Shown here: piece by piece, positions 40,666 to 49,700 of the stretch | Layout of the letters: every line of letters starts with the position of its first letter | How positions within the stretch are numbered: position 1 is the stretch's first letter | Source: an uncultured Candidatus Rokubacteria bacterium | Lineage (GTDB): Bacteria; Methylomirabilota; Methylomirabilia; Rokubacteriales; CSP1-6 | Direction: 5' to 3' | NCBI GenBank assembly: GCA_963747235.1 | Contig: CAVVEU010000014.1 | Coordinates: forward strand, 1-64,000 | Length of the DNA stretch: 64,000 nt | Made by a program: the position numbers and the translations under genes | The notes under the pieces: model-generated | What the model was told of the DNA's origin: nothing | Database searches by the model: none | What the model saw: the letters and a program-made list of their open reading frames with translations, nothing else

Positions 40666-42574
40666 CGCGGCCGTGGCCGTCCCGGAGCACCCGGCGCTCC
40701 CCGACCCGCACGGTCACGCGCTGGGTGTCGAAGTACTCCATGAGGGGGATGGCGTACTTCCGGCTGACCCCGAAGAGGTCCTTGAAGTCGGCCGGCCCGA
40801 TCTCCTTCTTCTGGCGCAGGAAGGCCACGAGCTGCTCCTGGATGGTCCGGAGCGCCTCGGCGTGAAAGAAGAGCGATTCTTTCACGCGCAGCAGGGTCCG
40901 ATCCGCGACCAGGACCTGGAAGAGCTCGTGCTTCTCCGTGCCCTTGACGCCCAGCCGGCCCAGGGCCTCCTCCGGGTTCGGGGGCGCGGCGCCCGCGGCG
41001 CGGAAGTCGGCCTCGAGCCCCTTGACCACCCGCTCCTGGTCCGGGCTGAGCCGGATGGAGTGGGAGCCGAGCCGGACCTGGTCCCGCTCGCTCTTGACGA
41101 CCCCTTCCGCCTCCAGCGCGGTCAGGAGCTGGGTGAAGACCCGCTCCTGGGCATTGCCAACCCGGCTGCGCAGCTCCTCCCGGGAGATCCCGCCACGCAG
41201 GGGGTTCTCGGCATGGAAGGCCTCGAGGAGGCCCAGCGTCTGGGCGCGCAGGCGTTCGTTCGCGTCACGATGCAGATACCACTCGCGATCCACCGCGAGC
41301 ACACGGCCGTCATGCTGGAGCCGGTCGAGGAGCTGCCGGAGCTGGTCCGGGCCGAAGGGCGTCCGGGCCCGGAGATCGGCGACCCGCGCGCCCGCCACCC
41401 CGGCCTGCTTCAGATGCTCCTCCAGCACCACGGGAGGCTCGCCGGTGGCGAGCAGCGCCAGGTGGGCGGCGAGCGCGGGACCCTTCCGCTTGAAGCGCGG
41501 CGGCGCGATGTCGAGCACGGTGCCGCCGCCGATGGTCACGATGGGCGAGTAGGACCGCACCACGAAGCGATCCCCCGGCAGGGCCACCACCGGAGCCTCC
41601 AGCCGGAAGCGGGCATGACAGGATTCGCCGGGCGCGAGCTCGGGCCGGTCCACCGGCAGGACGCGCGCCATCACCTCCTGGGTGCCCACGTGGAAGCGGA
41701 CGCGGTCGCGCGTCTTGACGGGCCGCGGCGCGTCCTCCAGGAGCTCGAGGGTGCCGTCGAGCAGGAGCGTCGACACCAGGGCGCCGGCGGGCGCGAGGAC
41801 GTCGCCGCGCTCGATGGCCACGCGCTCCACGCCCTGGAGATTCACCGCGGTGCGCTGACCGGCGGTCGCCTGCGGGACGGTGTGGCCGTGCACCTGCAGG
41901 CCCCGCACCTTCGACTGAATGCCTCGCGGATACACCTCGACCTTGTCGTCGAGCGCGAAGCGCCCCGCGACCAGCGTGCCCGTCACCACGGTGCCGAACC
42001 CCTTCACGGTGAACACGCGGTCGATCGGGAGGCGAGCGGTGCGATCGGGATCCTTGGCGGGCACCGCGCGGGCCAGCTCCGCGAGCGCCGCGCGCAGCTC
42101 GGGCAGCCCCGCGCCCGTCTTCACCGACGCGGGGAGGATCGGGCAGCCCGCGAGGAAGGTGGGGGCGAGCGCGCGGCGCACGTCGTCGCGCACCAGCTCG
42201 ATCCAGTCGGGCTCGGCCAGATCCGCCTTGCTGAGGACCACGAGCCCCGACGTGATGCGCAGGAGCTGGCAGATAGCCAGGTGCTCGCGCGTCTGCGGCA
42301 TCACGCCCTCGTCGGCGGCGACCACCAGGAGCGCCAGATCGATGCCGCCCGCGCCGGCCAGCATGTTCTTCACGAAGCGCTCGTGGCCCGGCACGTCCAC
42401 GATCTCGATCACGAGCCCGTCGGGCTCCTCCAGGAACGCGAAGCCCAGGTCGATCGTGATGCCGCGCGCCTTCTCCTCCGGCAGCCGATCGGTGTCGGTG
42501 CCGGTGAGGGCTTTGACCAGCGAGGTTTTCCCGTGATCGATATGTCCGGCGGTGCCGACGACGACGTGTCGCAT
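40640..42574 (-). CDS. selB: selenocysteine-specific elongation factor
   Basis: [36 protein letters not shown]-terminal winged helix [15 protein letters not shown]. Confidence 0.97.
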   Translation of the reverse strand: MRHVVVGTAGHIDHGKTSLVKALTGTDTDRLPEEKARGITIDLGFAFLEEPDGLVIEIVDVPGHERFVKNMLAGAGGIDLALLVVAADEGVMPQTREHLAICQLLRITSGLVVLSKADLAEPDWIELVRDDVRRALAPTFLAGCPILPASVKTGAGLPELRAALAELARAVPAKDPDRTARLPIDRVFTVKGFGTVVTGTLVAGRFALDDKVEVYPRGIQSKVRGLQVHGHTVPQATAGQRTAVNLQGVERVAIERGDVLAPAGALVSTLLLDGTLELLEDAPRPVKTRDRVRFHVGTQEVMARVLPVDRPELAPGESCHARFRLEAPVVALPGDRFVVRSYSPIVTIGGGTVLDIAPPRFKRKGPALAAHLALLATGEPPVVLEEHLKQAGVAGARVADLRARTPFGPDQLRQLLDRLQHDGRVLAVDREWYLHRDANERLRAQTLGLLEAFHAENPLRGGISREELRSRVGNAQERVFTQLLTALEAEGVVKSERDQVRLGSHSIRLSPDQERVVKGLEADFRAAGAAPPNPEEALGRLGVKGTEKHELFQVLVADRTLLRVKESLFFHAEALRTIQEQLVAFLRQKKEIGPADFKDLFGVSRKYAIPLMEYFDTQRVTVRVGERRVLRDGHGRVDNPGVGA

Positions 42575-42590
42575 CGTAGCCGTCGACTTG

Positions 42591-44000
42591 TTAGAGGGCG
42601 GTGAGGCGGGTGGCGAGGGGTGTGATGTCGGCGGCGAGGATCGTGCGGCAGTCGAGGAGGAGGCGGTCGTCGAGGAGGCGGCCCAGGACCGGCGGGCGGC
42701 CCGAGCGGAGCGCTTCGTCCAGCCGCTCGGCGGGGCGCTCGGTGGTGCCGAGGGCGATCGCCGCGGTGGGCAGGTCCACCGTGGGCAGCGCGCCGCCGCC
42801 CACCTGCGACGTGGACTCGACGAGCTGCGCGCCGAGGGCCCGCTGCGTCTCCGCGGAGAGGCGGGCGAGGATTCGCCGGGCGCGCCGGCGCACCGACACG
42901 GCGGGCTCGGTCAGCATTTTCAAGGTCGGGATGGTCTCGAGCGCAGTCCCCGCCTCGTAGGCGTAGAGCGTGGCCTCGAGCGCCGCGACCGTGAACTTGT
43001 CGATGCGCAGCGCGCGGTTGACCGGGTTGCGAGCCAGGCGCTCGACGAGGTCGGCCCGGCCCACCAGGATGCCGGCCTGCGGGCCGCCCAGGAGCTTGTC
43101 GCCCGAGAACGAGACGAGATCGACGCCGGAGGCGACCACTTCGGGCACGGTCGGCTCGTAGGGGAAGCCGTAGCGGGTGAGATCCACGAAGCAGCCGGAG
43201 CCCAGATCCTCCATGACCGGGATGGCGCGGGCGCGGCCCAGCTCGGCGAGCTCGCGGGAGGACACCGCGGCGGTGAAGCCGACGACGCGGTAGTTGGACG
43301 TGTGGACCTTGAGGATCAGCCCCGTCTCGGGCCCGATCGCGCTGACGTAGTCCTTGAGATGCGTGCGGTTGGTGGTGCCGACTTCCCGGAGGATGGCGCC
43401 CGACCTCCGCATGATGTCGGGGATGCGGAACTCGCCGCCGATCTCGATGAGCTCGCCGCGGGAGACGATCACTTCCTTGCCCCGCGCGAGGGACTCGAGC
43501 GCGAGCAGCACCGCGGAGGCGCAGTTGTTGACAACGAGCGCCGCTTCCGCGCCGGACAGCCGGCGCAGCAACCCGTCCACGTGCGCGTAGCGCGAGCCGC
43601 GCTCCTTGCGGGAGAGATCCATCTCGAGATTCGAGTACGCCGCGGCGACCTCGCGCAGCCGCTCCTGGGCGAGCGGGGACAGCAGCGCGCGGCCCAGGTT
43701 CGTGTGGAGCACCACCCCGGTGGCGTTGATCACGGGGGCCAGCGAGAAGAGGCCGGTCTGCGTGAGCGCGGCCACGACCCGGCGGCCGAGCGTGTCGGCG
43801 TCCGCGGCGGGCCCGCCCGCCTCCAGCAGGCGGCGCCGCTCGGCGGCCAGCACCTCCCGCACTCCCGCGGCCAGGCGGGGCCGCGGCACCCCCTGGAGCG
43901 CGCGCTCGCCGCCGAGCGCGCCGATCAGCGCGTCCACCGAGGGCAGACCGCGGAGCAGGGCCTGCGTGTCCGCCCCGCCGCGCTTACCCGCCCGCGGCAA
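42591..44000 (-). CDS. selA: L-seryl-tRNA(Sec) selenium transferase
   Basis: INATGVVLHTNLGRA, SRGELIEIGGEFRIP, EVGTTN, FSGDKLLGGPQAG; start uncertain. Confidence 0.96.
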   Translation of the reverse strand: MPRAGKRGGADTQALLRGLPSVDALIGALGGERALQGVPRPRLAAGVREVLAAERRRLLEAGGPAADADTLGRRVVAALTQTGLFSLAPVINATGVVLHTNLGRALLSPLAQERLREVAAAYSNLEMDLSRKERGSRYAHVDGLLRRLSGAEAALVVNNCASAVLLALESLARGKEVIVSRGELIEIGGEFRIPDIMRRSGAILREVGTTNRTHLKDYVSAIGPETGLILKVHTSNYRVVGFTAAVSSRELAELGRARAIPVMEDLGSGCFVDLTRYGFPYEPTVPEVVASGVDLVSFSGDKLLGGPQAGILVGRADLVERLARNPVNRALRIDKFTVAALEATLYAYEAGTALETIPTLKMLTEPAVSVRRRARRILARLSAETQRALGAQLVESTSQVGGGALPTVDLPTAAIALGTTERPAERLDEALRSGRPPVLGRLLDDRLLLDCRTILAADITPLATRLTAL

Positions 44001-44271
44001 GCTCGGTCTCCACGCGCTCCTTGACCCGCGCGATGACCTCGTGCGCCTCGCGCCGGATGGCCTCGACGCTGGCGCCCTCCCCGCGCACGCGCAGGAGGCG
44101 ACGCACCGCGTCCTCGGTGAGGCCCGCCCACAGCTCGTCCAGGTCGCGCGGCGAGAACCCCTGGCCGCGGAGGGCGGCGCTCCACTCGCGCGCCAGCTCC
44201 TGCACGAGGCGGTCGCGCTCGAGCGCCAGGCGGCGGGCGCGCTTGATCAGCTCGGGAAGCCGCGGGGCCAT
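43984..44271 (-). CDS. small helical hypothetical protein
   Basis: GC3-rich ORF, AAGGA RBS, overlaps selA start. Confidence 0.65.
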   Translation of the reverse strand: MAPRLPELIKRARRLALERDRLVQELAREWSAALRGQGFSPRDLDELWAGLTEDAVRRLLRVRGEGASVEAIRREAHEVIARVKERVETELAAGG

Positions 44272-44275
44272 GGCG

Positions 44276-44785
44276 CTATTCCTTCACGAGCCGGCGGACC
44301 GAATCGAGCAGGTTCGCCTCCCAGCGCCCGGTGGAGACGCACTGGAACACGCGATCGGTCTTGAGCTTGCCGGAGCCGCCACGCCGGTACGCGTGCGTGT
44401 TCATCTTGGTGTTGACCTGGATCAGCGTGGCCCCATCCCGCCCCGGCTGCACGAAGAGCGTGAACGAGCCCGTCGCCTCGCCCTCGAGCTGCACCTCGCC
44501 GATCCGCCCGCAGTCGGCGTAGACCCCGATCGGGGAGATGAAGTCGTCGGTCGAGATCACGCCCGAATCCTTGGCCACCACGCGGAGCGGCACGTTCTCC
44601 CCCGCGAGCGCCCGCACGAGCGCGCGCCACGTGGTGTCGTAGCCCGCGGCCGCTTCGTCGCGGTAGGGCGGCGGCGCGATCGGCGAGACGACGGGTCGCG
44701 CGCACCCGACCAGCGCGATCATCGAGAGGGCCGCCCCGATGGCGGTGGAGAACGCCGCGACGTCACGGCGAGAGGGCCGCGTCAT
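44276..44785 (-). CDS. lipoprotein of unknown function
   Basis: Lipobox LVGC; TAGAAT 7 nt before ATG 44785. Confidence 0.7.
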   Translation of the reverse strand: MTRPSRRDVAAFSTAIGAALSMIALVGCARPVVSPIAPPPYRDEAAAGYDTTWRALVRALAGENVPLRVVAKDSGVISTDDFISPIGVYADCGRIGEVQLEGEATGSFTLFVQPGRDGATLIQVNTKMNTHAYRRGGSGKLKTDRVFQCVSTGRWEANLLDSVRRLVKE

Positions 44786-44795
44786 GCGCATCATT

Positions 44796-45347
44796 CTACC
44801 CTTTGTGATGGTCGATCCCGCGATACGTGCGGATGAAGCGCACGATGCGGGCCTCGTCGAGGTCGTCGAAGGCGTCGAGCCGGGTCCACGCGGTGAGCGC
44901 GATGCGCGTGCGCATCCCCGGGTAGGGCGCCAGGATCACCTGCGCGTCGTACCGCCGCACGATCTCGGTCAGCTTGGCCACCAGGTCGGGGCACGGCGTG
45001 GTGCAGTGATACTGCACCATCACGCCGCCGTCCTCCAGGTTGTGGACCTGCAGCTCTCGCACGATCGGCTCGGTGTGGATCCCCCACGGGGCGATGTACG
45101 GCATGTGGGGCCCGGAGGTGGGCGGATCCGAGTTGTACGGCACGTGCGGCTCGGTGGCGAGCTGGATGTGCGCGTTGCCCTGATCCGCCAGCTTGACCCC
45201 CGGCAGATCGGCCGCCGCGCGATAGGCCCAGTAGCCGACGAGCGCCGCCGCCACGATCGCGACGGCGAGGCCGGTCACCAGCAGGCGCCGGTGACCGGAG
45301 CGCGCCGGCCGGATCGTCTCCACCTTGTCTGCCTTCTTCCTGTCCAC
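44796..45347 (-). CDS. DUF3105 domain membrane-anchored protein
   Basis: QGNAH, YNSDPPTSGPH, VHNLEDGGV, IALTAW; N-terminal TM helix. Confidence 0.85.
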   Translation of the reverse strand: MDRKKADKVETIRPARSGHRRLLVTGLAVAIVAAALVGYWAYRAAADLPGVKLADQGNAHIQLATEPHVPYNSDPPTSGPHMPYIAPWGIHTEPIVRELQVHNLEDGGVMVQYHCTTPCPDLVAKLTEIVRRYDAQVILAPYPGMRTRIALTAWTRLDAFDDLDEARIVRFIRTYRGIDHHKG

Positions 45348-45383
45348 TCGACGAATCCTCCGAGCCCGGACGACGAAGCGGAA

Positions 45384-45481
45384 TGGCGGAAGCGTGTGGG
45401 AGTCGAACCCACCTCCGACTTGTCTAGAGCCGGACGCCGGATTTGAAGTCCGGGAGGCCCACCGGGATCCTAGACGCCTCC
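45384..45481 (-). tRNA. selC: tRNA-Sec (UCA)
   Basis: 8-bp acceptor GGAGGCGT/ACGCTTCC, anticodon arm CCGGA-CTTCAAA-TCCGG, long variable arm, GTGGG-TTCGACT-CCCAC, GCCA end. Confidence 0.96.
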
Positions 45482-45585
45482 GTGCCAACTTCGCCTGAAA
45501 TCAGAGCGTTTCAGTGTACCACCGAGCGGCGATCCCGGAGGCGGGCCGGGGGAGACCCGGCCGGGCCACGTGCTACCCTCGGCTG

Positions 45586-46827
45586 GTGAGCCGGATCTGG
45601 CGCTGCCTGGCACTGGCCGGCCTCGTCCTGGCGCTCCTGCCCGGCGGCCGAGCCGCCCAGGGCAATGGCGCGGGGCCGCGGTCGATCTCCCCCGCCGAGG
45701 AGCAGTTCCTGGAGCGCCACTGGCGCATGCCGATCGCGCCTCAGGGCCCGCCGCCAGCGTCGTTCGCGCCGCTGGAGGGCTCGCTGGCGCCGCGGGACTG
45801 CGGGGCCTGTCACCCGGTCCAGTACGAGGACTGGCGGGGCAGCATCCACGCCCGCAGCATGGGGCCCGGGATCGCGGGCCAGCTCGTGGAGCTCGCGCGG
45901 CGCGATCCGGCGGGCGCGCGCGCCTGCCTCATCTGTCACGCCCCGCTCGCCGAGCAGTCCCCGCTCACCCGGACCGCGGCCGGACTCGAGGGCAACCCGG
46001 CCTTCGATCCCGCGCTACAGCGGGAGGGCGTCGTGTGCGCGACGTGCCACGTGCGCGCGCATCAGCGCTTCGGCCCCCCGCCCCGGCCCGACGCCCAGGG
46101 GCTTCGCGTCCCGCGCGCGGAGCTTCCCCACAACGGCGCCACCTACACGGGCGCGTACGAGCGCGCCGAGTTCTGCGCCGCCTGTCATCAGTTCGGCCCG
46201 AATGGCCCGCGCCTCAACGGCAAGCCGCTCGAGAACACCTACGAGGAGTGGCGGACGAGCCCGGCCGCGCGCCGCGGGCTGGCATGCCAGAGCTGCCACA
46301 TGCCGGACCGACGTCACCGGTGGCGCGGCATCCACGATCCGGAGATGGTGAAGTCGGGGGTGCGGGTCGCCCTGGTGCTGGACCGTGCCCGCTACCGGCC
46401 GGGGCAGCGGCTACGCGCGACCGTGACGGTTGCGAGCGTGAACGTGGGGCACTACTTCCCGACCTATGTGACGCCGCAGGTCGTGGTTCGCGCCGTGCTC
46501 CTCGGCGCCGACGGCCGGCCGATGGCGTCGACCGAACAGGAGGGCATCATCGGGCGGCAGGTGCCGCTCGACCTCTCGCGCGAGATCGCGGACACGCGGA
46601 TTCCGCCGGGGGGGCGCTTCGTGCTGCGCTACGATCGCGGGCTCGAGGGGCCCGGGCTCGCGCTCCGGGTGACGGTCACCGTGTACCCGGACCACTTCTA
46701 CACCGGCTTCTTCGCGGCCCTCCTCGAGACGGGAGCGGGCGCCGGCGAGGCGGATCTCCGCGACGCCCTGGAGGCGACGCGCCGCTCGCCCTTCGAGATC
46801 TTCGCGCGCGACGTGCCGCTGACCTGA
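45586..46827 (+). CDS. secreted pentaheme cytochrome c (c554/c552-like)
   Basis: Signal peptide; CGACH, CLICH, CATCH, CAACH, CQSCH; GHYFPT; TGcTACCCT 6 nt before GTG. Confidence 0.88.
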   Translation: MSRIWRCLALAGLVLALLPGGRAAQGNGAGPRSISPAEEQFLERHWRMPIAPQGPPPASFAPLEGSLAPRDCGACHPVQYEDWRGSIHARSMGPGIAGQLVELARRDPAGARACLICHAPLAEQSPLTRTAAGLEGNPAFDPALQREGVVCATCHVRAHQRFGPPPRPDAQGLRVPRAELPHNGATYTGAYERAEFCAACHQFGPNGPRLNGKPLENTYEEWRTSPAARRGLACQSCHMPDRRHRWRGIHDPEMVKSGVRVALVLDRARYRPGQRLRATVTVASVNVGHYFPTYVTPQVVVRAVLLGADGRPMASTEQEGIIGRQVPLDLSREIADTRIPPGGRFVLRYDRGLEGPGLALRVTVTVYPDHFYTGFFAALLETGAGAGEADLRDALEATRRSPFEIFARDVPLT

Positions 46828-47666
46828 CGGCCGCGCGGCGCCCGACGGCTGGGGGCCGCCTGACCACCCGGCGCGGGCGACGGATCCACCGGCGCGATGT
46901 CGCCCATGTCCGGCTCGAGCTGCAGCGTGTCCGCGATCTTGGTGTAGCTCGAGAACATCTGCGTGACCCCGAGCACTTCCATCACGCCGCGGGGGCTCAC
47001 GCCGAGCCGCCGCATCTCGGCCAGGTGGAAGGCGGTGCCGAACGGAGAGCGCGAGGTCAGCGACACCGCGAAGGCCAGGGCTTCCTTGAGGCGCCGGGAG
47101 AGGTGATTGTCGCCGAAGGCCCGCCGGACCGCCGCCCACACGTCCGCGGCATAGGCCGGATCGTGGGCCATCAGGCGGAAGGGCAGCGGCACCTCCGTGG
47201 CCCCGTAGAACGCGCGGAGGTCGTCGAACAGCGCGCGCGCCTCGTCGGGGACCGCGGCCGGATCGAGCGCGGGCAGGCCGGGCGTGCTCGCGCCGAGGGC
47301 GTCGGCCACCACGTTGAGCGCGTTGGTGATGCCCACCACGTGCGCCGCCTCGTACCACAGCGCGTCGTCCTTCATCCCCTGCAGCTTCCCGGCTGCAGTA
47401 TGAGCGCGTACTCAGTAGTTGCAGGCGTTGACGCCGCTCACCACCGCGGCGACCATCTCCTTCTCGGCCCGTGAGAATTCGCCCGGGCTCATCGCCCGCT
47501 TCATCGCGCGCCCGTGGGGCCCGCCGAACTCGGCGTCCCACGCCATCACCCGGCTCATGGCCGGAGGCTGCGGGAAGTCGTAGGCGAACCATAGCTTGGA
47601 CAGCTCGAAGAGCCGCTGGGCGGCCGCCGGGTACTCGGATGCGTCGCGGAGTCGGACGGTGGGCAT
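46698..47666 (-). CDS. AhpD/carboxymuconolactone decarboxylase-like selenoprotein (Sec at UGA 47412-47414)
   Basis: ORFs 47412-47693 and 46698-47375 are in frame: SRAEKEMVAAVVSGVNAC-N-Y-UGA-VRAHTAAGKLQGMKDD; matches AhpD CxxCxxxH; SECIS-like hairpin follows; AGGAGG RBS; 3' end uncertain. Confidence 0.85.
47372..47411 (-). promoter_or_regulatory. putative bacterial SECIS element
   Basis: 13 nt after UGA: CTGCAGC-CGGGAA-GCTGCAG stem-loop, with lower TCAT/ATGA pairing. Confidence 0.75.
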
Positions 47667-47686
47667 GTCGTGCCTCCTGCCTGGGC

Positions 47687-47929
47687 TCAGCAACCGCCGG
47701 CCAGCGGTGGGAACACCGACAGCACGTCACCCTCGACCAGCCGCTGGTCCGGGGTGGCGTCGAGGCCGTTGACGACGGTCAGACGCTCCAGCTCGGGTGG
47801 AATCCTGAGGGAGTGTACCACCTGATCGACGGTGGTGCCGTCGGGGACGTCGAGCATCACGCTGTCCCCTCGCGTCCCCGGCGGCAGGTAGGCCCGCAGG
47901 GTCGCCGTGAGGTGAACCGCGACCTTCAC
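47687..47929 (-). CDS. MoaD/ThiS family ubiquitin-like carrier ending GG-C
   Basis: Beta-grasp pattern, VVNG, LVEGDVLSVFPPLAGGC. Confidence 0.88.
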   Translation of the reverse strand: MKVAVHLTATLRAYLPPGTRGDSVMLDVPDGTTVDQVVHSLRIPPELERLTVVNGLDATPDQRLVEGDVLSVFPPLAGGC

Positions 47930-47932
47930 GGT

Positions 47933-49265
47933 CTAGCGGAAGCCGCCCTGTTCCGAATCCGCGTGGCGCGCGCCGGAGGCGACGCGGAGCTTGTCGCCCG
48001 GAAAGATCCGCGCGCCGTGCTCGAGATCGTTCCAGCGCGAGAGCTGCTGGACGGAGACTCCGTACCGCTTGGCGATGCCGCCAATCGTGTCGCGCGGCTG
48101 CACGACGTGGAGGCCCGCGGCGACGCGTTCGGCAACCTGGATCTTCCGCTTACCGCGATCGCCCGTCCGGGACGCGATCGCCACCCTCCGCGCCTGCACC
48201 TCGCGATCGAGCCCGGCCTGGAGCGCGGGTGCGCTGCCCCGCGGGACCTTCAGGTGATACGGCGAGTCGGGCGGCGTCTGCTTGAGCCGGAGCTCGGAGT
48301 TGAGCCGGATCAACTCCTCGAGTGGAATGCCGGAGAGCGAGGCAACGTGCTGCAAGCTGCTGCCCCGAGGCACCGTGATCTGCTCGTAGCTCAGCGGCTC
48401 GTCCGGCCTGACCGAGAAGCCGTACTGCTCGGGCTCCTGGCCGATGATGGTCACCGCGTGGATGGCCGGGACGAAGTTCTTGGTCTCGTCGCGCAAGAAG
48501 CGGCTGTCCGCCAGGCTCCAGAAGTCCCGGGTGCCCGTGCCCTGGATCGCCCGCAGGATCTTCATCTCGCCCGCGTTGTACGCGGCCTGCACGAGCTCCC
48601 AGGAGCCAAACGTCTTGTAGAGGTCCGTCAGGTAGTTGGCGGCGGCCACCGTGGCCTTCTCGGGGTCGAGGCGCTCATCGAGCCACCGGTCCACGCGGAG
48701 CCCGTACTGCCGCGCGGTGGGGGCCATGAACTGCCAGAGCCCCTTGGCCCCCGCGCGGGAGACCGCGACCGGGTCGAAGCCGCTCTCGATCATCGCGGTG
48801 AACACCAGCTCCTCGGGAAGCCCCTTCTTGCCGGAAGATGTCCAGGGCCATCGGCAGGAATCGGCCGGAGCGGGTCAGCCATCGCTCGACGACCGCCCGC
48901 CGGTATCCCGTCTGGAACTGCTCCAGGAAGCGGAGGACCTGATCGTTCTGCTGGATCTGGTAGGTGGACACGCGCTGGGGGGACGCCGGCGTGGAGACGA
49001 GCGGGACGGCGGGCGGCCGCTGGATCGGCTCGATCTTGACCGCGGCCGGCGCGCCGGGCGTCGGCAAGAAGGCGTCGGCCCAGGGGTCGGAGTCCACCCG
49101 CGGGGTCGCCATGTCTCCGGTGAGGGGCGGCTCGGCGTTCCAGGCGCCACCCAGCTCGAGTTCCGCGCCCACCGCTCCCGGCACAGCCAGATGACTGGCT
49201 GCGAAGGACACGAGACCGAGCAGGAGGAGCCGGAGTAGAAGAGTCATCAGGTCAGTAGGAAGCAT
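47933..49265 (-). CDS. mltD: LysM lytic transglycosylase (MltD-like; indel near 48830)
   Basis: AMIESGF, AKGLWQFM, AAYNAGE, ETKNFVP, LysM domains; start uncertain. Confidence 0.85.
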
Positions 49266-49333
49266 GAACTTTTTATCACGGGGGATTTTGGGGGTCAACA
49301 GGGCCCGGCCGGGCCGGATCCAGGAGATATCCC

Positions 49334-49390
49334 TTGACACTCGAGAGAGGGCCCACCTATCTTAAGCCGCCTTGAAAAAAGGCTTTTTTC
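49334..49390 (+). promoter_or_regulatory. sigma70 promoter with downstream palindrome
   Basis: TTGACA-18nt-TATCTT, then GAAAAAAG-G-CTTTTTTC at 49374-49390. Confidence 0.55.
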
Positions 49391-49424
49391 GATATCGGTC
49401 CGGTCGAAGGGAGGTGACACCCAC

Positions 49425-49658
49425 ATGAGGAAGCTGGTAGCCCTGGTAGTGAGCACGGTCTTCGCGCTCGGCGTGGGCCTGGCGGTGCCGCAGACCTTCG
49501 CCCAGGCTCCCGCCCCGAAGGACGAGAAGAAGGGCGAGATGATGGACAAGAAGGCCGAGAAGAAGGCGGACAAGAAGAAGGCTGAGAAGAAGAAGATGGA
49601 CAAGAAGGCGGACAAGAAGATGGACAAGAAAGACGACAAGAAGGAAGAAAAGAAATAG
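49425..49658 (+). CDS. small secreted Lys/Asp/Met-rich repeat protein
   Basis: GGAGGTG RBS; signal peptide; (M/A)DKK and AEKK repeats. Confidence 0.85.
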   Translation: MRKLVALVVSTVFALGVGLAVPQTFAQAPAPKDEKKGEMMDKKAEKKADKKKAEKKKMDKKADKKMDKKDDKKEEKK

Positions 49659-49700
49659 CGTCGACAGACGCGTGGGGCGCCACCCGACCGCGGTGGCGCC

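Noticed and set aside
45384-45481. tRNA-Sec as an integration site for a genomic island
   Set aside because: No integrase, no duplicated tRNA 3' end and no compositional shift.
47555-47689. MoaD-like GG-C-UGA read as a vicinal Cys-Sec motif
   Set aside because: Read-through gives about 43 low-complexity codons out of frame over the next gene, and only a weak 4-bp hairpin follows the UGA.
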